The position numbers and the translations under genes are program-made. Under the pieces are notes generated by a model, which was given only the letters and a program-made list of their open reading frames with translations, was not told the origin of the DNA and ran no database searches. From positions 185,653 through 249,652 of the forward strand of contig CAVYMO010000002.1 of NCBI GenBank assembly GCA_963769625.1: 64,000 nucleotides of DNA, read 5' to 3'. Below, piece after piece: positions 41,444-50,827 of the stretch; position 1 is the stretch's first letter; each line of letters starts with the position of its first letter. Origin of the DNA: an uncultured Verrucomicrobiae bacterium. Its GTDB lineage: Bacteria; Verrucomicrobiota; Verrucomicrobiia; Chthoniobacterales; UBA10450.

Positions 41444-42622
41444 CTAGTGGTTCGCTGACGCCACTTCGTCCACCTTCTCCGTCTCCGGCGCGGCGGTTTC
41501 CCTAAGCCAGACGCGCAACTGCTCTTTGATCGCTTCCATCCCTTCGCCCTGCCCGGCGGAAACGGGAATGACCTTAATGTTTGGAAAGCGCGCCTGTACG
41601 ATGCCGACATTCTCTTCGCTCTCCGGCAGGTCCATCTTGTTCGCGAGAATGCACCAGGGCCGCTGCGACAGCCGCGACTCGTAGAGATCGATCTCCCGTC
41701 GCAGACTCTGCAAATCCTCCACCGGATGGCGCCCCTCGCTCCCCGCGATATCGACAACGAAAAACAAGCAGCGGCAGCGGGTGATGTGACGCAGGAAATC
41801 GTGACCGAGCCCCACATTGCGATGCGCACCCTCAATCAGGCCAGGGATGTCCGCGATGGTTGCGCGTTGGTAATCGTCCAGTTCCACCACGCCCACGCTC
41901 GGTCGCAACGTCGTGAACGGATACGCCGCCACTTTCGGATGCGCGGCCGAAATTTTACTGAGCAGCGTCGATTTACCGGCATTCGGGTAACCAACCAGGG
42001 CCGCGTCCGCGATCGTCCGCAGTTCGAGCAGGAAGTGACCCTCCTCGCCCTCTTCGCCTTCCGTGTATTGCACCGGCGCGCGATTCTTCGCGCTCTTGAA
42101 ATGCACGTTGCCCTTTCCGCCTTTGCCGCCCGCGCAAAGCACAAACTCCTGCCCGTCTTCCGACAGATCGACCACCTGTTGCGCCAGCGGATCGACCTCG
42201 ACCGGCGGCCCCGCGAATTCCTGCGCGCCATCCGACGACAGCTTGCTTTCGAACACAGCTTCTTCGGGCGTCTCCGGCTCCGGCACGATCGGCTCGTCCA
42301 TCTCATCGCGTCGCGGCACCGGCGCCAACGCGCGATACACGATCGTGCCCACCGGCACTTTCACGATTTTCGAGATCGCCCCGCGGCCATGCATCTTTTT
42401 CCCCAGGCCATGTCCGCCCGATTTCGCCTTGATGATGGGCTCGTAGAAAAGATTCGCCAGGTTATCCGTGTGCACATCCGCCCGCAGAATCACGTCACCG
42501 CCGCGACCGCCATCGCCGCCGTCGGGTCCGCCCCGCGGAACAAATTTCTCCCGCCGGAAGCTGACACACCCCCGCCCGCCGTTGCCGGCCTGGGCGAAAA
42601 CTTTGATTCGATCGACAAACAT
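41444..42622 (-). CDS. obg: GTPase Obg/CgtA
   Basis: Obg fold start MFVDRIKVFAQAGNGGRGCVSFRREKFVPRGGPDGGDGGRGG. G domain motifs GYPNAGKSTLL, DIPGLIEGA and NKMD. Confidence 0.9.
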   Translation of the reverse strand: MFVDRIKVFAQAGNGGRGCVSFRREKFVPRGGPDGGDGGRGGDVILRADVHTDNLANLFYEPIIKAKSGGHGLGKKMHGRGAISKIVKVPVGTIVYRALAPVPRRDEMDEPIVPEPETPEEAVFESKLSSDGAQEFAGPPVEVDPLAQQVVDLSEDGQEFVLCAGGKGGKGNVHFKSAKNRAPVQYTEGEEGEEGHFLLELRTIADAALVGYPNAGKSTLLSKISAAHPKVAAYPFTTLRPSVGVVELDDYQRATIADIPGLIEGAHRNVGLGHDFLRHITRCRCLFFVVDIAGSEGRHPVEDLQSLRREIDLYESRLSQRPWCILANKMDLPESEENVGIVQARFPNIKVIPVSAGQGEGMEAIKEQLRVWLRETAAPETEKVDEVASANH

Positions 42623-42682
42623 ATTGGACCCCGCTCGTTAGCCTAAGGTGCCATCTTTCCGGCGCCTGTCACTTGGCGCCGA

Positions 42683-43918
42683 CTAAAGCAGGCTGGCGTA
42701 GAGCGCCTGCGTCTCCGCGGCGATGGCTCCCCAACTGAACTTTTCTTCCGCGCGCTTTCGCCCTGCGCGGCCGAATTGTTCGCGCATGGCTGGATCGGCC
42801 ATCAAATCGTTTACCCTTCCGGCGAGGTCGCGCGCGAATTTTTCCGGATTCTTCGCTTCGAATGGGCTCTCGGTCATCTGCTCCAAAGGGACGAGGAATC
42901 CCGTTTTGCCGTCGGCGACGACTTCTTTGATTCCGCCCACGGCGCTGGCCACGACCGCGGTTTCGCACGCCATCGCTTCCAGGTTGATGATGCCAAAGGG
43001 CTCGTAGATCGACGGACAACAAAACACCGCCGCTTGTGAATAGAGTTCGATCACGGTCGGCTTGTCCACCATCTCGCGAATCCAGATCACGCTTCCGTGT
43101 TTCTCCTGCGCGCGGTTTACCGCGTCCTCCATTTCACGGCCGATCTCCGCCGTATCCGGCGCGCCCGCGCAGAGCACGATCTGCACACCCGGCGCCATGA
43201 ATTCGATCGCGCGCACGAGGTGGATGATCCCCTTCTGTCGCGTGATCCGACCGACGAAAAGGACGTAGGGTTTGGACGGATCGATGCCGAAACGCTCGAG
43301 CGCGGTCGTGCTTTCCACTTTGCGGTATTCGTCGAGATCGATGCCGTTGTAGATCACGTGCAATCGCTCCGGCGCGATGTGGAAGAGCCGCTCCAGATCG
43401 GCTTTCGTCTCATGCGAGACCGCGATGACCGCGTCCGCCATTTCCAGCGCTGTCTTCTCCAGCCAGACCGTGAAATCGTAGCCGCGGCCGAGTTGCTCGC
43501 GCTTCCATGGGCGCAGCGGTTCCAGGGAATGGACCGTGATCACGAGCGGGATCCCGTAATTCATCTTCGCGAGGATGCCGCCCCAATGGCTGTACCAGGT
43601 GTGGCAATGCACCAGATCGGCGTCGATCGCCGTGGTATTGAAATCGGTGCAGCGTTGCACCGCGCCGTACACCGAACGCAGCGGCGGTGGGCAGGTGAAG
43701 GTCGATTGATCGACCGAGAATCCCTGCACCCGCAGATTCCCCTGCTCGCTCTTTTGCTCTCCGAAACAGCGCACTTCCACTGGCATCGTCTTCGCCAGTT
43801 CGCGCGAGAGATAGTCCACGTGCACCCCCGCGCCGCCGTAAACGTTCGGCGGATATTCATTCGTAAGCAGGAGCGCTTTCACCGGTCTGCTTGTAAGCGC
43901 GTGCGTCGAAGATCGCAA
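42683..43918 (-). CDS. GT4 glycosyltransferase resembling the Corynebacterium-type glycogen synthase family
   Basis: ALLLTNEYPPNVYGGAGVHVDYLSREL.. and EPFGIINLEAMACETAVVASAVGGIKEVV. The family call is from memory of the glgA_Coryne pattern. Confidence 0.75.
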   Translation of the reverse strand: MRSSTHALTSRPVKALLLTNEYPPNVYGGAGVHVDYLSRELAKTMPVEVRCFGEQKSEQGNLRVQGFSVDQSTFTCPPPLRSVYGAVQRCTDFNTTAIDADLVHCHTWYSHWGGILAKMNYGIPLVITVHSLEPLRPWKREQLGRGYDFTVWLEKTALEMADAVIAVSHETKADLERLFHIAPERLHVIYNGIDLDEYRKVESTTALERFGIDPSKPYVLFVGRITRQKGIIHLVRAIEFMAPGVQIVLCAGAPDTAEIGREMEDAVNRAQEKHGSVIWIREMVDKPTVIELYSQAAVFCCPSIYEPFGIINLEAMACETAVVASAVGGIKEVVADGKTGFLVPLEQMTESPFEAKNPEKFARDLAGRVNDLMADPAMREQFGRAGRKRAEEKFSWGAIAAETQALYASLL

Positions 43919-43972
43919 GACGAGTGGTCCGAGGATCCGGCCAGCAACTTCCCGCTTGCAACGCAGTCAAGG

Positions 43973-43994
43973 AAAGTTAGTCTTGCCTAACTTT
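43973..43994. promoter_or_regulatory. Candidate DtxR/MntR-type operator (8-6-8 inverted repeat) upstream of the metal ABC importer
   Basis: AAAGTTAG-TCTTGC-CTAACTTT is a perfect 8-bp inverted repeat 17 nt upstream of ATG 44011. The TTAG/CTAA half-sites resemble the DtxR-box core. Confidence 0.35.
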
Positions 43995-44010
43995 ATTTGT
44001 CTCGCAAAGC

Positions 44011-44913
44011 ATGAAACCATTTCTTCTTTTTCTCGCCGTCGTTGCCTTCGCCTGTCCGCTTTCGGCCGCCGCGCCGAAGATCAACGTCACCGCGACCACC
44101 ACGATGGTAGGCGATCTGGTTCGCGAAATCGGCGGCGACCGCGTTGCGCTCGAAACGCTTATGGGCCCCGGGGTCGATCCGCATCTTTACAAGGCCGCGG
44201 CGTCGGACGTTTCCAAGCTCCAGAAAGCACAGATCATTTTCTACTCGGGTCTCCTTCTCGAAGGAAAGATGCAGGACATCTTCACCAACCTGGCGCGTTC
44301 CAAACGTCCCGTCGTGGCCGTGACCGAAGTGATTTCGCTCGATCGTTTGCTCGCGCCGCCCGAGTTCGCCGGGCATCACGATCCGCACGTTTGGTTCGAC
44401 GTTACGCTCTGGAAACTTTGCCTCGACCCGGTGGTGAAAGCCTTGAGCAAGGTCGACCCGACGGGCAAAGAAAGCTACGAACGCCGCGCTGAAGAAACAC
44501 GTCGAAAAATGGATGAACTCCACGCTTGGGCATTGGCCAAAGCCAACGAACTCCCGGCCGACCGCCGCATCCTCGTCACCAGCCACGACGCCTATAATTA
44601 TTTTGGCCGCGCCTACGGTTTCCAGGTCATCGGCCTCCAGGGCATCTCCACCGTCTCCGAAGCCGGCCTCGCCGATGTCGCCAAGCTGACCGATTTCATC
44701 CGCAGCAAAGGCATCAAAGCCGTCTTCGTGGAATCGAGCGTGCCGCACAACACCATCGAGCGCATCAGCAAAGACACCGGCGTAAAGATTGGCGGCGAAC
44801 TATTCTCCGACGCCATGGGCACCGCCGGGCAGATGGAAAACGGGTACGATCTCGGCACCTACGAAGGCATGATCAAACACAACCTCACCACTATCGTGGA
44901 AGGTTTGAAGTAG
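44011..44913 (+). CDS. Metal (Mn/Zn/Fe) ABC transporter substrate-binding protein, ZnuA/MntC/TroA family
   Basis: Signal peptide, DPHLY, HDPHVWFD and TSHDAYNYFGRAYG..AVFVESSV. Confidence 0.9.
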   Translation: MKPFLLFLAVVAFACPLSAAAPKINVTATTTMVGDLVREIGGDRVALETLMGPGVDPHLYKAAASDVSKLQKAQIIFYSGLLLEGKMQDIFTNLARSKRPVVAVTEVISLDRLLAPPEFAGHHDPHVWFDVTLWKLCLDPVVKALSKVDPTGKESYERRAEETRRKMDELHAWALAKANELPADRRILVTSHDAYNYFGRAYGFQVIGLQGISTVSEAGLADVAKLTDFIRSKGIKAVFVESSVPHNTIERISKDTGVKIGGELFSDAMGTAGQMENGYDLGTYEGMIKHNLTTIVEGLK

Positions 44914-44920
44914 CGGCCGC

Positions 44921-45694
44921 ATGCACGACTCCGTTCCCGCGCTCGAGATCCACGATCTCACCGTCGCTTACCACAAGAAGCCGGTGTTGTGGGGCATCGA
45001 TCTGCAAGTGCCGCAGGGAAAATTGATCGGCATCGTCGGCCCGAACGGCGCTGGCAAGTCCACTCTCATCAAGGCCGTCATGGGCCTCGTTCCCATCAGC
45101 AGCGGCTGGGTGAAGATCTTCGGCGCGCCGGTGAAGAAAAACCTGCAGCGCATCGGCTACGTTCCGCAGCGCGAATCGGTCGATTGGGATTTCCCCGTCA
45201 GCGTGATGGATGTCGTCCTCATGGGCCGCTATGGCCGGCTCGGCTTGATCAAACGTCCGTCAAAAAACGACCGCGAAATCGCGCGCGCCTGTCTGGAGAA
45301 AGTTCACATGCTCCCGTTCGCCAATCGCCAGATTTCGAATCTCTCCGGCGGCCAGCAGCAACGTGTCTTCCTCGCCCGCGCCCTCGCCCAGGAAAGCGAT
45401 CTCTATTTCATGGACGAACCGTTTTCCGGCGTCGATGCCGCGACCGAGTCGGCCATCATCACGCTCCTGCATGAGCTGCGCGCCAGTGGAAAAACAATGC
45501 TGGTGGTTCACCACGATCTCCCGACGGCGCGCCAGTATTTCGACATGCTCATTCTGCTCAATATGCGGCTCGTTGCCTTTGGCCCGACCAGCGAAGTCTT
45601 CACCCAGGATCTTCTTCAAACCACCTATGGCGGACGGTTGACGATCTTGTCGGAAGTTGCCGAGGCGGTGAAGGAACAACGCATCCTGGAATGA
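44921..45694 (+). CDS. Metal ABC transporter ATP-binding protein
   Basis: Walker A GPNGAGKST, signature LSGGQQQRV and Walker B LYFMDEP. Confidence 0.9.
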   Translation: MHDSVPALEIHDLTVAYHKKPVLWGIDLQVPQGKLIGIVGPNGAGKSTLIKAVMGLVPISSGWVKIFGAPVKKNLQRIGYVPQRESVDWDFPVSVMDVVLMGRYGRLGLIKRPSKNDREIARACLEKVHMLPFANRQISNLSGGQQQRVFLARALAQESDLYFMDEPFSGVDAATESAIITLLHELRASGKTMLVVHHDLPTARQYFDMLILLNMRLVAFGPTSEVFTQDLLQTTYGGRLTILSEVAEAVKEQRILE

Positions 45695-48082
45695 AACGGT
45701 TCCTCGCTGGCGTCGTTTTTTTCCTGCTCACGGCGCCGGTCCACGCCGCCAAGGTGAGCGACATTTCCGAGACAAATCTCGGCGAACAAGCATTACGTTT
45801 CTTCACCTTCCGCGATCCATCACTCCGTTTCGCCTTGATCGGTTCGGTCCTTCTCGGGATCACCTGCGGCCTTCTCGGCAGCTTCATTGTGGTGCGCAAG
45901 ATGGCGCTCGTGGGCGACGCGCTTTCGCATGCCGTGCTTCCCGGTGTCGCCATGGGATTCCTATGGGGCCAGACGAAAGATCCCGTCGCCATCTTCGTTG
46001 GCGCGACGATTGCGGGGTTGATTGGCACCACCGTCGTCAGCCTGATCAAACAGACAACCCGCCTGAAGGAGGACGCCGCCCTCGGGCTCGTCCTCGCCTC
46101 GTTCTTCGCCGTCGGCATTTGCCTGCTCACGATGATCCAGCGTCTCCCCACCGGAAACAAAAGCGGGATCGACAAATTCCTCTTCGGCCAGGCGGCTGCG
46201 ATCAGCGCGGGCGATGTGCGCTTGATGGCGATCGTGGCGCTCGTTTCGGTCGTGGCCATCGCGCTCTTCTACAAGGAATGCCTCGTCTCCAGTTTCGACG
46301 TCGAGTTCGCGCGCGCGGCCGGTTTTCCCACGCACCTGATTCATCACGGCATCATGCTGCTGCTCGCGTTCGCGATCGTGGTCGCGCTGCAAGCCGTCGG
46401 CGTCGTCCTCGTTTCGGCGATGTTAATCACGCCCGCCGCGACCGCCTATCTGCTCACCGACCGGATGAATCGCATGCTCATCCTGGCCGCGATCTTCGGA
46501 ATGTTCGCGGGCGTGCTCGGCGCCTTCCTTTCCTTCCTCGGCAATAATCTTCCCACCGGGCCGTTCATGGTTTTGGGCGCGAGCACGATTTTTCTCGGTG
46601 CGTTTCTGGTCGGCCCGAAACACGGCGTCGTGGTGCGCTGGTGGAAACGCCGCTCGCGCGCCGATCGCGTCGGACGCGAAAACACGCTCAAGTCCATCTA
46701 TCGCGTGCTCGAGGAGCGCGAATTCCACGGCGAAGGCGTCGCGCTGCGCGAGTTGGCGGAATTGCGCCGCGAGAGCCTCGAGGAAGCGCGCCGCCAGACG
46801 GTCGAGTTGTCGCGCCACGGCCTCGTCACGCCGCACGAAGAAGGGAACGTCGTCTTCTTCACTCCCGCCGGCTGGCAGCGCGCTTGCGAGATCGTGCGCA
46901 ATCATCGCCTCTGGGAACTCTATCTCACAAACGCGGTGCGATACGCGCCCGACCATGTGCACGAGGACGCGGATAAAATCGAACACGTGCTCGGGACGGA
47001 AACGGTGCGCGAACTGGAGCGCCGTTTGCAGTTCGCCAAACGCGATCCGCACGGGCGTTTGATTCCCGGCCTCGAAGACATCTACCCCGCGATGATCGCG
47101 GGCCGCCGACGCATGAGCGAACTCATTCCCACCTTCGATTTCCACCGCGTTTTCATCACGCCCTGGACGGATGGCGCTTCCAGCTTCGGCTGGATCGCGC
47201 TCATGGGTTTCTTCGTCGCTGCGGCCTGCGGATTGATCGGCAATTACTTAATCCTGCGTCGCATGGCGCTGGTGGGCGACGCCATCAGTCACAGCATTCT
47301 CCCCGGCATCGCGATCGCGTTTCTTCTCGCGGGCAGCCGCAACACCTCGGTCATGTTTCTCGGTGCGCTCGTCGCCGGCGTCCTCACCACCGTGATCATC
47401 GAAGTCATCCACAAGCGCACCCGCGTGAAACAGGACGCCGCCATCGGGATCGCGTTCACGACCTTGTTTGCCATCGGCGTCGTTCTCATCAGCCTCTATC
47501 GCCGATCGCGTCGATCTCGACCAGGAGTGCGTCCTCTACGGCGAAATCGGCTTCGTCTGGATGGCGCCTTCGGTTCAACTCGGAGGCTTCGTCCTCGGGC
47601 CGGAGCCGGTGGTGCGGATGGGATTCGTCATGCTCGCGACTGCGATCCTGATCGGCATGTTCTACAAAGAACTTCTCGTCAGCTCCTTCGATCCCGGCCT
47701 CGCGGCCTCGGTCGGCATCAACGCCACCGTGATGCATTATTCCCTGATGGCGATGCTCTCCATCGTCGTCGTGAGCGCGTTTGAATCCGTCGGCGCCATT
47801 CTGGTCGTCGCCATGCTCATCCTGCCCGGCGCCACCGCGTCGTTGCTCTCGCAACGTCTTCCCACCGTCCTCGCCCTCAGCGTCGTGCACGCTGCGCTGA
47901 GTTCGCTCCTCGGCATTCATCTCGCCGTCTGGCTCGATTGCTCCACCGCCGCGGCGATGGTCGTGATGGGCGCGTTCCTCTTCTGCCTCGCCTGGTTCTT
48001 GAGTCCGCGGCAGGGATTGCTCACCCGCTGGTTTTCCCGCGGCGTTACCACCCCCACACTGGAGGAAGCGTATGGCCGGTAA
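45691..48082 (+). pseudogene. Apparent fusion of ABC-3 permease, DtxR/MntR-like domain and a second ABC-3 permease; one frameshift near 47497
   Basis: ORF 45691..47784 has three parts. Permease 1 carries VVRKMALVGDALSHAVLPGVA. The linker reads ENTLKSIYRVLEE..RNHRLWELYL..HVHEDADKIEHVLG. Permease 2 carries LRRMALVGDAISHSILPGIA and continues in ORF 47468..48082 (..ILVVAMLILPGATASLL..). About 797 aa in total. Confidence 0.8.
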
Positions 48083-48506
48083 AGCACCTTCCGCCCTCGG
48101 CAACTCCGCCGCGGTCGAGGATTACCTCGAGCGCATTTTGGAATTGATGGACACGAAGGGTTACGCCCGCGTCGTCGATATCGCGACCAGCCTTGGCATC
48201 TCGCAGGCCAGCGTCACGAACATGATCCAGCGTCTCGACGCGGAAGGCCTGCTCAAATACGAAAAATATCGCGGCCTCCTTTCGACCAAACCCGGCGAGA
48301 CGCTCGCGCGCAACATCGCCCGGCGACACCAACTGCTCTCCGATTTCCTCCAACTCCTCGGCCTCGAGCAAAGCGTGATCGAGCACGACGTCGAAGGCAT
48401 GGAACACTACATCAGCCCATCCACACTCCGGGCGATCGAGGCCTTGACCGCGCAACTGCGGCGGCACCCAGCCTTCCTCGCCAAGCTCGAAGCCGCCATC
48501 GGCTAG
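48072..48506 (+). CDS. mntR: MntR/DtxR-family metal-dependent transcriptional regulator
   Basis: 144 aa. wHTH AVEDYLERILEL..ARVVDIATSLGISQASVTNMIQRL and dimerisation/metal domain RRHQLLSDFL..IEHDVEGMEHYIS. No SH3-like third domain. Confidence 0.85.
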   Translation: MAGKAPSALGNSAAVEDYLERILELMDTKGYARVVDIATSLGISQASVTNMIQRLDAEGLLKYEKYRGLLSTKPGETLARNIARRHQLLSDFLQLLGLEQSVIEHDVEGMEHYISPSTLRAIEALTAQLRRHPAFLAKLEAAIG

Positions 48507-48536
48507 CACATCCTCGACCGACGGGCGGCCAGATCC

Positions 48537-48932
48537 TCAACGGCCGGCTTTTGAGTCGGTAGCTTTTGCTTTGGCTGCGACCACTTCCTCGATTTGCGTC
48601 AGCAGGGCGCGGGTGTCGATCGGTTTGTTGAGGTAGGCATCGCAGCCAGCCTCCAGCGCCTCGTCCATGCCATACTCTGCGGAAAATGCCGTGACGGCGA
48701 TGATCGGAATGTCACGCATGGAGGACTGCGCACGACAATGGCGGGCGACTGCCAGGCCGGTGACGCCGGGCAGTTGCAAATCCAACAGGATAACCTGCGG
48801 CTTGACCGCTTTGATGCAGGTGATGGCCTGATCGGCTGAGATCGCGAGCATCACGACATGGCCGCCCGCCTGAAGCACTTCGCTGGCGAGTTTCAAACTC
48901 GTCGGATCATCTTCGATGATGAGGATTTTCAT
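48537..48932 (-). CDS. Single-domain response regulator (CheY-like)
   Basis: KILIIEDDP, ILLDLQLPGVTG, VTAF and NKP. Confidence 0.9.
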   Translation of the reverse strand: MKILIIEDDPTSLKLASEVLQAGGHVVMLAISADQAITCIKAVKPQVILLDLQLPGVTGLAVARHCRAQSSMRDIPIIAVTAFSAEYGMDEALEAGCDAYLNKPIDTRALLTQIEEVVAAKAKATDSKAGR

Positions 48933-49135
48933 TTTGCGCTTTCCTGATTGCGGCCTCTGACGGCGACGGTTTTGAGTTGGCGGGGCTGTCTGAGGCCTTG
49001 CGCGGCTTCATCTGCAACACTTGGAACCTCGCTCAACGGCCCCCATCGGGCAAGAAACCGATCCCACGCTGGCGACCCCGAGGCACCGCAACAGCGTGCT
49101 TGGGCAGCGCACCGTTCTGCGATAGAAGAGAGCGG

Positions 49136-50600
49136 ATGACGCGGCGCCCGAGTTCATTGGTTCTGGCCATGGATATGGGCAGCTCTTCCGTCCGGACGGC
49201 TCTTTTCGCGAACAACGCTACGCGCATTCTGTCATCCACCGCGATCCGGGAGTACGCCATCCGCTATTCTCGTGATGGAGGGGCGGTCCTGTCCGCTCCA
49301 GCTCTGCTCCGCGCGGCCAGAAACTGCATCAGCCAAACCTTGCAGTGGCGCCGGCAATCTCCCGCCGTGCGCGACATGCCGATCGTTGCGGTGGCCGGCT
49401 CTGCTTTTTGGCACAGTCTGCTCGCCTTGAGACGAAATGGTAAGCCAATCAGCCCCATTCACACGTGGGCCGATTCGCGCAGCGTTCCGGACGCCGTCGG
49501 ATTTGCGACGCCGACTCTCCGAGCGACGTCATCCACGCGTCGCACCGGCTGCATGGTGCGCGCACCGTTTTGGCCGGCGAAACTGCTTGGCTGCGGCGGA
49601 CGGCCCATCTCTTTGGAAACGCACGACACAATTGGATCTTCGCCTGCGACTGGATCTTTCGCGAACTGTTTGGCTGCGACACTGTCGAGCCATTCCATGG
49701 CCAGCGGAACGGGCCTCTACAATTTGCGAACCGCGTCGTGGGACGCTGAGCTTTGCGACGTTCGTGATGTTTGCAGCGGAGTCAATTCGACCCCTCGGCG
49801 ATCCGCGCGGCGATCAGACCCGTCGCATCCCGAATTACGCGACCTGCCTGTCTTCAGCGCGATTGGCGATGGCGCCGCCAGCAATCTTGGCTCCGGGGCG
49901 GAGCGACGCGGCCGGATCGCGATCACGATCGGCACGAGCGCGGCCGTCCGCACGGTTTCGCACGAAACGCGAGGCGAACGGTCGCATTCGCTTTGGACTC
50001 TTCAAATATGTCGTCGACGACGATCGGGTCGTCCTCGGTGGCGCCATCAGCAACGGCGGGAATCTGCGGAAATGGTTTCTGCGCGACTTCGACTTCCTCG
50101 CGAGATCGCGCCGACAACGCGCTCTCGCGCCGAAAGCCGCGACCGATGCCCTGACGATTCTCCCCTTTTGGGTCAGCGAACGCTCACCCACCTGGCCGGA
50201 GAATTCCGCGGAGTCATCATCGGTCTCGCTCCGCAGCCACGACCTGCGGCAGATATTCCGCGCGCGGCCACGACGAGCACATTCTATCGCCTCGCTGACA
50301 TCCTCGCACCTCGGTGTTTCGCCGGCGACGGCGGCGGAAATCATTGTCTCCGGCGGCATCCTGCGATCGCCGGGTCATTGCTAAAATTCTCGCGGATAGC
50401 CTTGGCCACGCACTTCGAATTTGCGCGAGAACCAGAAAGCTCACTCCGTGGCGCGGCGTTGCTGGCCTGGAGCGGCTTCGGCTTAAACCGAAGCCATCAC
50501 CCGGCGGCTGGATCGTATCAACACGATCTCGCGCTGCCAAACACCGCACTCGCCGCGCGCGCAAATCGATCTCGAACGACGGTTGCGGTGCAGGCGTCTC
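49136..50600 (+). pseudogene. FGGY-family carbohydrate kinase (gluconokinase/xylulokinase-like), heavily disrupted with 10 or more frame changes; the 3' end is approximate
   Basis: Start LVLAMDMGSSSVRTALF. FGGY-like pieces alternate between all three frames: WADSRS; RTGCMVRAPFWPAKLL; SSHSMASGTGLYNLRTASWD; FSAIGDGAASNLGSG; VVLGGAISNGGNLRKW; LTILPFWVSERSPTW; FRGVIIGL; EIIVSGGILRSPG; ILADSLGHAL; ESSLRGAALLA. Confidence 0.7.
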
Positions 50601-50680
50601 TGCGAGACCGCCAGGCGGTTCCGCGAACCGCCCTACAAATCTTCTCGCACAGGTCAAGAATCTCTCCTGGCCGGCAGCGA

Positions 50681-50820
50681 TCAGGTCAGCCCAATCGGCC
50701 GACAACAGACGCTGCAATCTTCCACGAGCGATTTGCTCGCTCTGCGACGTATCCACGACCAGCGGGAAAGGTTTCGCCGCAGTGCGGACAGGCGACATCC
50801 GTCTCGACCATCAAATCCAT
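50681..50820 (-). pseudogene. CPXCG-motif small zinc-ribbon-like protein, 2 or more frameshifts; the 3' end is approximate
   Basis: MDLMVETDVACPHCGETF (frame of ORF 50686..50874), then LVVDTSQSEQ (frame of ORF 50217..50798), then VEDCSVCCRPIGL in a third frame. The pattern CPxCG..x..CxVCCxPI is typical of this family. Confidence 0.45.
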
Positions 50821-50827
50821 CGCCGCC

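Noticed and set aside
48977-49135. 53-codon N-terminal extension of the FGGY ORF, and ORF-track pieces 49437..50384 and 50314..50928 taken as separate genes
   Set aside because: The FGGY N-terminal motif (LAMDMGSSSVR) follows ATG 49136. The other ORFs are frame-shifted fragments of the same kinase, not independent genes.
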